Notes under the pieces: model-generated
Told to the model about the DNA's origin: nothing
The model's database searches: none
The model's input: the letters and a program-made list of their open reading frames with translations, nothing else
Part shown: positions 10,865 to 21,802 of the stretch, one piece after another
Layout of the letters: the number at the start of each line of letters is the position of its first letter
Numbering within the stretch: the first letter of the stretch is position 1
Position numbers and translations under genes: made by a program
Origin: Naegleria gruberi
Taxonomy: Eukaryota
DNA: 64,000 nucleotides
Strand: one strand, 5' to 3'
NCBI GenBank assembly: GCA_000004985.1
Contig: GG738890.1

Positions 10865-13800
10865 TTAATAATATTTCACTCCATATGGTGATTCTTGATC
10901 TGAGGCAGATTGATGTACTTTTTGATGTTCTTTCCATGCCAACATTTGATGCTCTGAGGAACAGAAATAAGTTGGAGCTACATGAACACCCTTTCTTCTC
11001 AATGAAGCACAAAAGTTACATTCATACATTGATTCTTGACCACAAACAACACACGGTTGATTCACTGGGACCCTACGAGATGATTTAGTAGGAGTAGCTG
11101 GGGTAGTAGGGGTCTTGGTTGGAGTGGTGGTTTTAGTTTCTTCTTGTTTTTCACTATTTCCAAAAGGAGAAAATGCACTCTTACCAGAAGAAAAGCTTGG
11201 GAAACTGTTAGAGTTAGAAGTATTGTTAGACATGAAAGGACTGTTTGCTCCAAATCCTAATCCTCCACTCGATACAAATCCTTTGGATGGAGATGAAAAG
11301 CTTGTATTATCATTGACATTGGCAGGAGGTTGATTCCAAGTTGAAGAGCTAGATTCACTTCCCCATGTACTACCAGATTTGTTATCAAAGTATGAGAGGA
11401 ATGCAGAGGATGTAGAATTGGAATTATTGTAGGCATTAATCAAATTACTTGAGGTTTTAGGAAGGGGTGGAGAAGGGGATTTTTCAGAGAGTAGTGAGTC
11501 AGTTACAGAGTTGGCAACCTCTTGGTGATGGTTTAAGGAATAAGAAGGTGAAGGAGTTGTTGAAACACTCTGGGAGAAATTATGTTGATTGGCCAAGCCA
11601 AATGCTGATGATCCAGTCATAATATCCCATGAAAAACCTCTTGGAGCATTATTTAGTGAGTTTGAATTGTCAAAGAGTTGCATTTGTGAGAATTGTGACA
11701 TTTCATTGGATTGATTAGATATTGGAGAGGATGGGAATCCAAAATTACTTCTATCTTTGACTCTTGGTGAGCTCACAATAGGACTAGCTCTTGGAGTATT
11801 ACTCATATTCAACCCATTATTAATCATATCAAGAGGATTCAGGGTTGGTGTTGTACTGTTTGATCCGCTTTGGCTCTTTTTAGATCCTTTAGAAAGTTGA
11901 TCGAGTGAAGGATATTCCTGTTCATATTGTCTAGATGGTGCATTATTTGGAATTCCAAGTACTTGTCCTCCACCAACTGGATTTGGTATATTCATTCCTC
12001 CTATGAAAGCATTTCCTGGCATTAATCCCACTACCATATTACTAGGGTATTGAATATTTCCAATAATATTACCTCCTCTCACTAGTAAACCTCCAGGTTG
12101 TTGTGCTCCGAAATTACTTGTTGTAAACTGTTGTGGATTAGTAGTATTAGGAGGTGGTTGTTGTGGTTGTTGTTGTTGAACAATAGGAGGTTGATTAGCA
12201 AGAGCACCAAGAAGAGATGATGAAGCAAGAGGTGTTTGCCAGGCAATTGTTGGTGTTGTTTGTTGAGGATTTAAGAGTGGCGATGGTGTTGCAGATGTTA
12301 ATGGAACATTAGTGTTTGGAGAAGGTATGATTACCTTATTTGGGATTGGTTGGGAAGTTGGAGTGGTGGATGAATTTGTTGTAGTCTTATTTGTAGAAGT
12401 ATTCACAGTCAAGTTGGCTGTTGATTTCTTGGTATTGCTGGCTGTGGTTGTTGGTTGGACCTTAGTTGTGGTTGGAGTTGGTTTGGTATTGTTGGCAACC
12501 GAATTCTTTGTGGCATTGGATGAAGCATTTCCCTTTTTAGAGGCATCAATCCATTCCTGTTCGCTTGGTCTCGGAGTATCACATAATTTACATCTACTTA
12601 AAGAATTTACATTCAAATAGGTGCATTCACTACAGCTCCACTTGTTTGCAGAACCAGTGCTACCAGTACTAGAAAATGAATTGGTAGAACTTGTTGAACT
12701 TGTAGAATTGGTTCTTTTCCTTCCTGTTGAATAATTTGAGCTGGTTGAAGCAGGAGTTGTAGGAGCAGTACTTTTAGCTTGTTGAGCCTTTTTGGTTTGT
12801 TTTAATCGTTGTTCCTCATTATGTTCCTTAATATAAGCAGCCCACAAAGATGAAGTTCCAATAATTTCTGACATTTGATCACCAAGTTTTTCCACAGTAG
12901 GTATCAACTCAATGCACTTATCTATGAGTAATTGTTTGAGTGTTGCACTGATAGATATTATACTTTCATCATCAGGAGTTTGACTTTCAGAGGTTGTATG
13001 TAAATGCTTAGAGTTTAGTGAGGCACCCTTCTCATCATCTGGATCCAGAAGAGTAATTCCTGTCATATTCGTTGCAGGTAAATTCTGCATAAACTCTGAG
13101 GCAGAAATCAAATCTTTGTGTAACCGAATTGCAGCATTGTTGGATGTTGTAAGTTTGGATAACATTTTTTCATCGGTTATAGTTTGTATGGACTTTTGAG
13201 ATCTTGGAGTTTTCCATTCTTTCAACTCGCTAATACTCTTTTTCAAACGATCTATTCTTTCCTTAATGTGTCTCACACCAGCAAAAGCCTCAATTAGTTC
13301 ATAAATTTGATCTGGTGATAATTCATTTACACTAGCCATTTTACATATCGAATCGAGAATTGGAAATTCACTTGCATGATTATGACTTGATTTGTCCCAA
13401 TCTTGAATGATTTCCTCAACTCGATCATCAATACTAACTTCTACCAATTTACCATTCTTTTTAGCTTGACATGTTCTGTGTTTCATATTTCTATCACCAA
13501 CTACAGCAACATAATCAGCAATTGAATTTGTTATTACTTCCTGAAGATGATCAGGCTTAATAAATTCATGATCATCGGGAGAACTTGGTACCTCCTTGGT
13601 ATAACAACCAAGCTGTGTATAAACATTAATACCTCTATTTAAAAATGTATCTTGAATTTGTTGAGCATAATTTCGTACTCTAACATCTGCAGCAAATAAA
13701 ACAATAATATGTAATAAAGGTTTTCTACTTAAAAAGGCTTGTGTAATAGGATCTAATCCATTTTTGATATTACTTAAAGTTTCACTATGATTAGAAACAT

Positions 13801-14422
13801 TCATTAAATTATTTGATGAAGAGTAGTGAGTGGAATGATATCTACCACCCGAAGTAGTATTAGAGGATGTTTTTGATAAAATTCTTGGATTATTTGTACT
13901 TGAGCTATTTCGTGATGAATTCGAAGAATATGAAGAATGTGTAGATCTAGGGGAAGAAACTTGAGAGGAAGATTGATTATAAGATCCACCATTATTATTT
14001 GATGATCCGTAAGAGGAAGAAACATGCTGAGATTGAAATTGGCTTGGTCTTGGTATTAAAGAAGATGAGGAATTGTTAGAGTACTTTCTTGATGATGAAG
14101 CCTTTGTACTATCTTCAGAAGTTGTACTTCTTGAATCATTTTCTTCATAATTTTCCTTACCATAGCTACTTTCATCGTCTTGATAATCATCATCATCCTC
14201 ATCGTCATAATCATCCTCATGATGGCGATAAACTGGTTGTGATGAATAAGTAGTATTACTTCTATAGTTCGAATTATTATTACTATATGAATTATTACTT
14301 GAATTTACACGGTTTTGATTTTTCAATATTGTAGGTGGAGTTTTTGTATAGTCGTGAGTTTTGATATTTTTCGATGCTGTTGTTCCACCACCTCTAGAGT
14401 TATTAGTTCGGTGCTGAGTCAT
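10865..14422 (-). CDS. Low-complexity (S/N/T/Q-rich) protein with a RanBP2-type zinc finger, a C-terminal MYND-type zinc finger, and a central alpha/beta domain
   Basis: The RanBP2-type zinc finger is W-x-C-x2-C-x3-N-x6-C-x2-C (WSCSECTYLNVNSLSRCKLCD). The MYND-like cysteine/histidine cluster at the C-terminus is CVVCGQESMYECNFCASLRRKGVHVAPTYFCSSEHQMLAWKEHQKVH. The central segment HIIVLFAADVRVRNYAQQIQDTFLNRGINVYTQ...YVAVVGDRNMKHRTCQAKKNGKLVEVSID resembles an anticodon-binding-like alpha/beta fold. ATG at 14422. Confidence 0.6.
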   Translation of the reverse strand: MTQHRTNNSRGGGTTASKNIKTHDYTKTPPTILKNQNRVNSSNNSYSNNNSNYRSNTTYSSQPVYRHHEDDYDDEDDDDYQDDESSYGKENYEENDSRSTTSEDSTKASSSRKYSNNSSSSLIPRPSQFQSQHVSSSYGSSNNNGGSYNQSSSQVSSPRSTHSSYSSNSSRNSSSTNNPRILSKTSSNTTSGGRYHSTHYSSSNNLMNVSNHSETLSNIKNGLDPITQAFLSRKPLLHIIVLFAADVRVRNYAQQIQDTFLNRGINVYTQLGCYTKEVPSSPDDHEFIKPDHLQEVITNSIADYVAVVGDRNMKHRTCQAKKNGKLVEVSIDDRVEEIIQDWDKSSHNHASEFPILDSICKMASVNELSPDQIYELIEAFAGVRHIKERIDRLKKSISELKEWKTPRSQKSIQTITDEKMLSKLTTSNNAAIRLHKDLISASEFMQNLPATNMTGITLLDPDDEKGASLNSKHLHTTSESQTPDDESIISISATLKQLLIDKCIELIPTVEKLGDQMSEIIGTSSLWAAYIKEHNEEQRLKQTKKAQQAKSTAPTTPASTSSNYSTGRKRTNSTSSTSSTNSFSSTGSTGSANKWSCSECTYLNVNSLSRCKLCDTPRPSEQEWIDASKKGNASSNATKNSVANNTKPTPTTTKVQPTTTASNTKKSTANLTVNTSTNKTTTNSSTTPTSQPIPNKVIIPSPNTNVPLTSATPSPLLNPQQTTPTIAWQTPLASSSLLGALANQPPIVQQQQPQQPPPNTTNPQQFTTSNFGAQQPGGLLVRGGNIIGNIQYPSNMVVGLMPGNAFIGGMNIPNPVGGGQVLGIPNNAPSRQYEQEYPSLDQLSKGSKKSQSGSNSTTPTLNPLDMINNGLNMSNTPRASPIVSSPRVKDRSNFGFPSSPISNQSNEMSQFSQMQLFDNSNSLNNAPRGFSWDIMTGSSAFGLANQHNFSQSVSTTPSPSYSLNHHQEVANSVTDSLLSEKSPSPPLPKTSSNLINAYNNSNSTSSAFLSYFDNKSGSTWGSESSSSTWNQPPANVNDNTSFSSPSKGFVSSGGLGFGANSPFMSNNTSNSNSFPSFSSGKSAFSPFGNSEKQEETKTTTPTKTPTTPATPTKSSRRVPVNQPCVVCGQESMYECNFCASLRRKGVHVAPTYFCSSEHQMLAWKEHQKVHQSASDQESPYGVKYY

Positions 14423-16387
14423 TTTGTTTTAAAAAGAGTGCTGATGATGAAATGTTGATACTATTATTATCAATGAAGAAAAACCTTTAAAATTGTCGGA
14501 TGATCAAAAAAGCCTTGTTTTGAATATTATATTGCGCAGCACCAAATATTATTGCAATAACTTTAAAAAGGTGCAAAAAGGCTTGTTGGCTAATTTTTGA
14601 AAAATTCACTTGTTGAAAAACAAATCTATTATTTGATGTTGTTATTGTTGTAGAATTTAAAAATTGTATTCTTCTTGTTGATGATTTTTGGAAAATAAAT
14701 GATGATGATGAATCTCTACAAGCCACACACAACAAAAATCGAATCTTTTTCTATTGGCAATCTTTTTCGTCCTCGAGAGAAAAGGTTATTTTTTACTATT
14801 GGTTTTTGCGCCAAGAATATTTTGAGAGTTTTGGTTGTTTCATCAACATAGCCTTGTTTGTCTAATACAGGCCAACTTGGAAGTTTACGTTTTGATCAAA
14901 GTTTAAAAAATTGAAAAAGTTCATAAGCTCGCGATGTAATAGGCTCATGATGGTTTTTTTGTTGTAGTTCATATCATTAATTAGAAGAAGGATTAAAAAA
15001 GATTAAAAAATTAGGAATGAATAATTGCATCTGCACATATTATATTATTAAATAATTAAATATAATTAATTTATGTGATGAGAAAAATTGCATTCCGAAC
15101 TATGTCTTCCTCAGTAAAAACAACTGATCACACCTTACAAATTGGGAAGATGATGATAATGTGCAATTGTTTGTGGAAGGTTAATTATCTGACACATCCT
15201 AAAAGCGTGGCAACAGGGTTTCTATTCTGGTGATTAATTGGCAATTACGTACCTTAAGAAAATCATAGAAAATGCAAGGTTTGGATTCAAGAATGCTTGG
15301 ACATTGGATAAGATATCTACAAAATAGTTTCTAATGAGCTACAATCCAACATGCCATATTCAGAAAGTAACTGTATTTTTTACTCTTGACCTGTTGTAAA
15401 AGTTTGTTGTACCCGAGGACCTCTCACTTATTGTTGAAATTATTACTGAAGCGCTGCTAGTTGACCAAACATTGTGTTATCCTAATACTGGTCACCAACT
15501 AACTGGCTAATCTTTAGGTACAAAAAAGACTGATTACCAAATTGTAGATACGCAACTTTTCTAACGTGCTGAAGAGCTTTGTTGGAAATATTGTTCATAA
15601 TTAGCTCATACTTTTAAAAGGGCAGCTATTACCAGTTATTATGTATGTGATGACGGACAGCTGTCATTTTTACATCATGTAGAGCCAACACAATCCACAA
15701 AAAAGAACGATTAGTTGACAGAAATCATGTGACTTTTGGTATTCAGCACCAAGATAATTATTCCGCAATACAGAAACTGATAGTACGTTTTTGCATCAAA
15801 GCTTTCATTTCTTAAGAGAACTGCAACCCCTCCTCACACATTATAATTGACTATTGAAACTGGTTGTAACAAATTGCCTTTTCCTTCACTTGCTTTGTGA
15901 GTTGTTGGAACCCCACTTAATTTACCCAAGATTCTGCACGTTATCCTTTCAATATGTTTCTCTGTTGTTGGATGCAGAGCCACAAGGCAACAACATTGAG
16001 AAAAGGAAGGAATGCAAATGTGTTTCGTCTATTGAGAAGTAGCTTACCAATTTGCTTCGGACACATTGGTCCAATCATACCACAAAGAGTAGACAGCTAC
16101 AAACCTTCCATTAAAAACGTAAGAGGCACTTCCATTGTTAACATCACAACTTCTCCTGTCTATTTGTTGTTTCCATCCGTAATATTGACCGACCTCACTT
16201 AACAAATTGATTTCAGACAAGAAAAAATTGTGTCAACCCTAATTGCTAGCCTAAATTTTCACACAACACACAATATTTCTCCTACAAGTCCCTCGACACT
16301 CTAATTACTACTACTTTGTGTTAACACATTTGGTCCACTTGTATCCAACAGGTTAAATAGCACAAATGTTGATTGTCTCAAATTGAC

Positions 16388-17662
16388 ATGTCTTTCCAAC
16401 ACCATCCCTATAATCCCAACTCTTCTAGAACAAAACGAGAACGTTTTAATTGGTCCTCTTTCATGGAGAATCAAGCTGAGGGTGTTGGTTCTTCTTCATC
16501 ATCAAGTAATTCACATAATAATCAGTTATTGATTACAACTACTATTCAACCACAGCATCATCATCAACAGAATCAACAACCAACACTTTCAGATGCTTCT
16601 TCATCCAATAATTCACATGCCACCAAATCATCTCCACATGATAATTCAATTCTGATTCATCAATCCAAAAAGCAACAAGATGAAACCCCTATGAAACAAC
16701 AACATTCCATGCCACGCTATTTTGGTGACACACCTTTAATGTCAGCTAGCAATTCTATGGCAACCCAACCCTCTTACATGAACGAACATCAAGGGATCCA
16801 AATACTACCCCATCCAACCACTATTATCAATCCTCCAATCACACAAACAAATATCTTGAACAGTCCCTTGACTATTCAAGGCAACAACACAATGCCCATT
16901 ACCATTCAGCAACCACATGGGATTATGAGGATGACAAACAACAATACAGAGACAAGAAAGTCAAACAACAAGAAGGAATATCAACAACATGGAAAAGAGA
17001 AAGAGGAATATAATATTCGACTACCTTCCATTTTTGAATGGTGGCATGAAGATAGTCCTCCAACATCATCTAGCTCTCCTTCAAACAATCCTTTCAGTTT
17101 TCCTCCTGCTTCCACGAATACCCAATTTTTTGACAAGACTCATTCACCACCTCCTTCTTCTTCATTTGTTCCAATTTCGAATTATCATGACCAACATGCC
17201 AATTCTACTACGAGTTTTACTACTTTTCGGAAGAAACGTCATTCCCCAGATTCACATGCAGCCATATCTCACGATTTCACACAAATAGTAGCACATCAAC
17301 AGCTGTTAGATAATAGTCCTCGTTCTCAATCTCCTCCAAATAATAACAATATTAATAATTTGAATAATTCTATTAACAGTAGTGGAAGACATAACACAGT
17401 AACAAGTAATATTTCTTCTACTCTAAATGCTACTCCAACAAGTCAATTATCAAAAAAGAGGAAAACCACAAAACCTACTGCCACTGTAATGATACCCTCA
17501 ACGAGTTCAATCGCTCCACAACAAGATTCCTTTCTTTTACAAAATGAATATGAACAATTTAATAAGGGAGAGCATGAAATGCAGAAAAAAGGAAGAGGAG
17601 AAAAGATTTTCAAATATTCTTACTATCAATATAACAATACGAGTTCAAACAATAAGCAATAA
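16388..17662 (+). CDS. Q/N/S/P/H-rich low-complexity (prion-like) hypothetical protein
   Basis: It is a 1.27-kb open frame with strong compositional bias and no recognisable domain. The track start at 16373 is a TTG and the first ATG is at 16388. Upstream exons hidden in the ORF-less 15.1-16.4 kb block cannot be excluded. Confidence 0.35.
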   Translation: MSFQHHPYNPNSSRTKRERFNWSSFMENQAEGVGSSSSSSNSHNNQLLITTTIQPQHHHQQNQQPTLSDASSSNNSHATKSSPHDNSILIHQSKKQQDETPMKQQHSMPRYFGDTPLMSASNSMATQPSYMNEHQGIQILPHPTTIINPPITQTNILNSPLTIQGNNTMPITIQQPHGIMRMTNNNTETRKSNNKKEYQQHGKEKEEYNIRLPSIFEWWHEDSPPTSSSSPSNNPFSFPPASTNTQFFDKTHSPPPSSSFVPISNYHDQHANSTTSFTTFRKKRHSPDSHAAISHDFTQIVAHQQLLDNSPRSQSPPNNNNINNLNNSINSSGRHNTVTSNISSTLNATPTSQLSKKRKTTKPTATVMIPSTSSIAPQQDSFLLQNEYEQFNKGEHEMQKKGRGEKIFKYSYYQYNNTSSNNKQ

Positions 17663-18251
17663 CATTTTTGACATTGAGAAAAATTTTGACATTTTCGAGA
17701 ATTGTAAATAAATTAAAATTTTTATTCGAATATTTCCACATTAATACAAATACCCATATGAAAAAGTAAATGGGCATGCGAGAGCAGCGGAACATGCACA
17801 ATAATGACTGGTTGTTAACTCTTTCATGTAGTTTCTTCCTTCTTGGATTTAATTCTTGCGATGGCAGTTGCCATCTTTAACATGTTATTTTGTTTTCACA
17901 CAAATGTTGAGAAGCTGATTTTAATTGGAGTGAGTAGCCAGAGGGTTGTTGTTTGTGCAAGCATTAAATATTTGGGTTATTCTTGTTTGGATTACATGTA
18001 ACAGAGTTGATGAACAAAATATAAATGGTCTAATTCATACTTGCTGTAAATTAATGATCCTATTAAATATCATATAATAATATTGTTGAACATCCACTTT
18101 CTGTTGTTCATGATGTAGAAAAATTGCACTGATTACATTCTCGGAGTTAAATCAATAATTTCACAGCTGTCGTTGTCGTGACATTTTTTTTCTGAATATT
18201 CTTCAAGTACCATTACTGTTCAATTATTTTATTTTTAGACATAACAACGAG

Positions 18252-18335
18252 GCTCATATAGCTCAGTGGTAGAGCATTTGTCTTATGAGAAATGAGGTTA
18301 GCAGATGGCCGAGGGTTCGACCCCCTCTATGAGCA
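18252..18335 (+). tRNA. Intron-containing tRNA of class I. The anticodon most consistent with the fold is UAU (Ile). A 12-nt intron lies at the canonical 37/38 position.
   Basis: Hand-folded cloverleaf: acceptor GCTCATA/TATGAGC with discriminator A; D arm GCTC-AGTGGTA-GAGC; anticodon stem TTTGT/GCAGA (two G-U pairs); loop CTTATG|A with U33; intron AGAAATGAGGTT; variable loop TGGCC; T arm GAGGG-TTCGACC-CCCTC (GTTCGA box B). A T7 run begins 8 nt downstream (Pol III terminator). The D arm and acceptor resemble eukaryotic tRNA-Ile(UAU), but position 37 reads G, so the isotype is tentative. Confidence 0.75.
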
Positions 18336-18342
18336 GCTCAAA

Positions 18343-18349
18343 TTTTTTT
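18343..18349 (+). terminator. Pol III terminator (T7 run) downstream of the tRNA
   Basis: TTTTTTT lies 8 nt after the discriminator base. Confidence 0.5.
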
Positions 18350-18619
18350 ATTCAACTTTGCAATAACAGTGATTTACAGGGCTAATTAAAATAAGCAATA
18401 GCTTATTTAAGGATTTTCCAAATCATATGGAACAACTCTACACTAGTATTACATTTCCACCTATTAATCTTTTGAGATTCAGTAAGTGCTGTACCTCTAA
18501 TGTACAACCTCCTCCTCCTCAATAAACATCACAACATCTACACAACCAATATATTTATCCATCAACTACAGTTGTTTTGCGAATCAAGCATTATTTTAGC
18601 CTCAATACAGCAAAAAAAA

Positions 18620-21571
18620 ATGAAAGAGGAAATTGAGTGCGAAATTGGCTCCTCACTGCCAATTTGTTCTGTTGATGATGTTGCTGCAGTAGGTGATGGA
18701 AGATTTGAAGAGGCCGGTGCTGGTTGTAGTAGTAGCAGAGCTAGGATGGATATGAATTTAAAATTGTCATCATTAGAAAAATCATCTTTATCAGCACCTT
18801 CATCGTCAAGGCAGTTATCCACTTCTTTTGTTGGAAATAATAATAGTAGTACTAATATGATGGTTGTTCAACAACAACAACAACAACAACAGCCGAGGAA
18901 TAATTTTGACGGCAATGGTTTAAAGCAAGAAAAACCATCAACACAATTAGTGGAATCGAAACCGAGAACGGACTATCCAGATTATCATCAAGACAAGAAT
19001 GGAAAGAAATATGTAAATAATCAAGAAGAAGAAATTCAAAAGAAGAGTAGACTGCGGAAATTATATATTAAATACTTTAGGAATGTTTTTTTGGCTGATG
19101 AAGACGATCAATTGAAATATCAAATGAAAATACGAGCAGCAGAGGAGCAATACAAGATACTAATACTTTTAGGACTTAGTTTGAATTTAATCACGTCAAT
19201 ATTCTATATTGAATGGAATTTTATTAGACAAGTCAACTTTTTCTCATTGTGCTTCCTTGACACCTTTTTGGATATTGTGGTGCAGTTATTACTAATATTT
19301 TGTGGAGCTGCAAAGGATTTGCCAACACTGGAATTGGCTCACGTTTTTAAGAATTTAATTTTGGGCTCAGTGAGAGCTGTTAATCAAATCTATTCAGGGT
19401 TCTACTCACCCATATGGATAATGAATGGCTTTGCATTGCTTATATTTTCTCATGTGGCGTTTTTCAGAAATTCACTCTCTCTTATATCCTGTCTGACCCT
19501 CATTTTCAGTTCCATGTTTGGGCAGTATGTATCTTTCCAAGTAATGTTTTCAGAAGTGGAGAGGGGAGGAAGATTCATCACACTCACTCATCTTGAGAAG
19601 CAAACACCACACATGCATATGGTCTTGAATTCATCTATTTATTTACAAACTATTCTACAAAATACCATTATACAGGTGTTCATTCTTGCATTGGGAATCA
19701 TGTTCTCGAGAGATGTTGAAGAGCAGTACAGTAGAAGTATCCGATTTGAATATCAAATCAAAACTGAAAGGTTTTTAAATGCATCAAAAACCAAGTTTAT
19801 TGGAAACTTGTCTCATGAGGTGAGTGCTATTCTATTATTTGTACATTTTCAATTAATAACTATTTAAATTAATTATTTTAATTTTGAAAAATAGATGAGG
19901 AATCCATTACATGGAATGATTGGAATTATTGAAATTTTGAAAATAGAAATTAAAAAGATTATTGACACACTGAGCCAAACGGATTTTAACAAACATGAAA
20001 CAAGAGAACCAGTAATTAAGGAGGTAATCTCTGCTAGTGAATCGAACATTGACCTCATCGATGATATACACAGTAATGCAAGAATGCTCTTGAATATATT
20101 TTCCAATTCGCTTCAAATAAGTAGTCTCGAGTTGGGTCAATTGAAATTGAATTATAGCCACTTCAACATTCTGGAAATGAGCGATTCCATCATTTCAGTG
20201 TTTTCAACCATTGCAAGAGACAAGGGTCTTGTACTTCAGTCATTCTTTGATGTTGAAAATGTTCCAATCGTACTCAAAGCAGACTCGGTAAGACTCTCTC
20301 AAATTTTAATCAATATTGTATCCAATAGTGTCAAGTATACAAGGAATGGAAAGGTTATCTTCACTTGTGGAACAGTTGACAGATCAGATGCAGACTTTCC
20401 ATTCAAAGAAGAGAGGATTTCTCTCGATATTGGAGAATCTGAGCCTATTGAAGAGGATAATATTTGCTTTTTAAAAATTGAGTGTAAAGATACAGGAATT
20501 GGAATTGCTCCTGATCAGTTGGAAAAGTTATTTGAACCTTTTCATATTGTTGAGGAAAAGACTGTGAAACAAAATATGGAATTTGATAGGTACTATACCC
20601 AATCCGTTGTTAACACTAACAATTCATTCAACGATAGACACGGCCTCGGATTGAGCATCTCCCACAAATTGATTCAATTAATGAGGGGAAAGATTATTGT
20701 AAAGAGTAAAGTCAATGAAGGAACGACAATCACTCTCTACATTCCAACAATCAAAATTCCACAAGAGGAATCGAAACAGTATTCTGAATGCATACATAAT
20801 AAGATTAAAGAATTGGAAACGAGCGATGTCAGAGAAGTATTAATTTTAGACGACGATGACGGAGTGAAAGATGTTCTTCACAAGTATTGTGCATTTGTTT
20901 TCAAAAAACCAATCAGAGAACTATCCACTGAGAAGGATGCCATAGATTTTTTCAATAGCACAACCAATCTTAATAATTGTTTGATACTGTACAATTCAAA
21001 CAAGTTTTCCTCTCCGTTCTCCATGAATATTAATGCGAAGGAAAATATCATCATTCAGCTTTGTTCTCGATCAACAACATCCAATTTGAACTCTAACACA
21101 CTCTATCTTCCTTTCAAATTTGAAAAGTTTATCAATATTTTGTACAATAATATTGTTGTAAAGAATAAGGAAAATGACAAGTCATTCCATATTGATAAGG
21201 TTGCAAATGGCGCCAAGAGAGCTCTCGTTGTCGATGATAATGATGTCAATAGAAAAGTACTTCAGAAATTAATGACCCTTCTTGGCTTTGAAGTGGAAAC
21301 AGCTGCTGATGGTTTGGAAGCTTTTGAGATGGTGAAAAAAACGTCAAGACCATACGATATTATTCTAATGGATCTGCTAATGCCAGTCCTTTGCGGAAAG
21401 GAGAGCTGCAAACTCATGAGAGATTTAAAATGCTCTGCCAAGATTATTGCTGTCACTGCAAACATTTGGGAAAGCATGGATACCATTCAACAGGCAGGAT
21501 TTGATTCTGTTTTGAGGAAACCAGTCATGCTTAATGACCTCCGAAAAGAACTCTCTAAATATCTTAACTAG
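18620..21571 (+). CDS. Hybrid sensor histidine kinase with a multi-TM N-terminal region, HisKA, HATPase_c and a C-terminal receiver domain. The CDS is join(18620..19819, 19895..21571).
   Basis: The H-box spans the intron: ...FIGNLSHE|MRNPLHGMIGIIEIL. The N box is IVSNSVKYTRNG, G1 is DTGIGI, and G2 is GLGLSISHKLIQLMRG. The receiver has ALVVDDNDVNRKVL...DIILMDLLMPV...KIIAVTAN. The 75-nt intron runs GTGAGT...ATAG in phase 0. The N-terminal start is uncertain: I chose the ATG at 18620 in an aaaaaaaaaATG context, and the ORF extends further up to 18500. Confidence 0.8.
18869..18892. repeat. (CAA)7CAG microsatellite encoding a polyglutamine tract inside the histidine-kinase N-terminal region
   Basis: Direct read: caacaacaacaacaacaacaacag. 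Confidence 0.9.
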
Positions 21572-21802
21572 ATGGAATTTAATGATTATTTAATTTACTG
21601 CTTCAATTAATGTGGACGGATCGTAAAAGTAATAACAATTCTTGATGATTTTTCAAAACATAATTAGTTGGATGTATTCTCCAATAATTGATTGACACTA
21701 TCCGATATCAATTTACCAGTGATCTCTATTGACAGAGTTATATTTTGAATAAGAGAGAAATTATTAGATATTATTCTTGATAATTTACAATGCTATTTCA
21801 TT

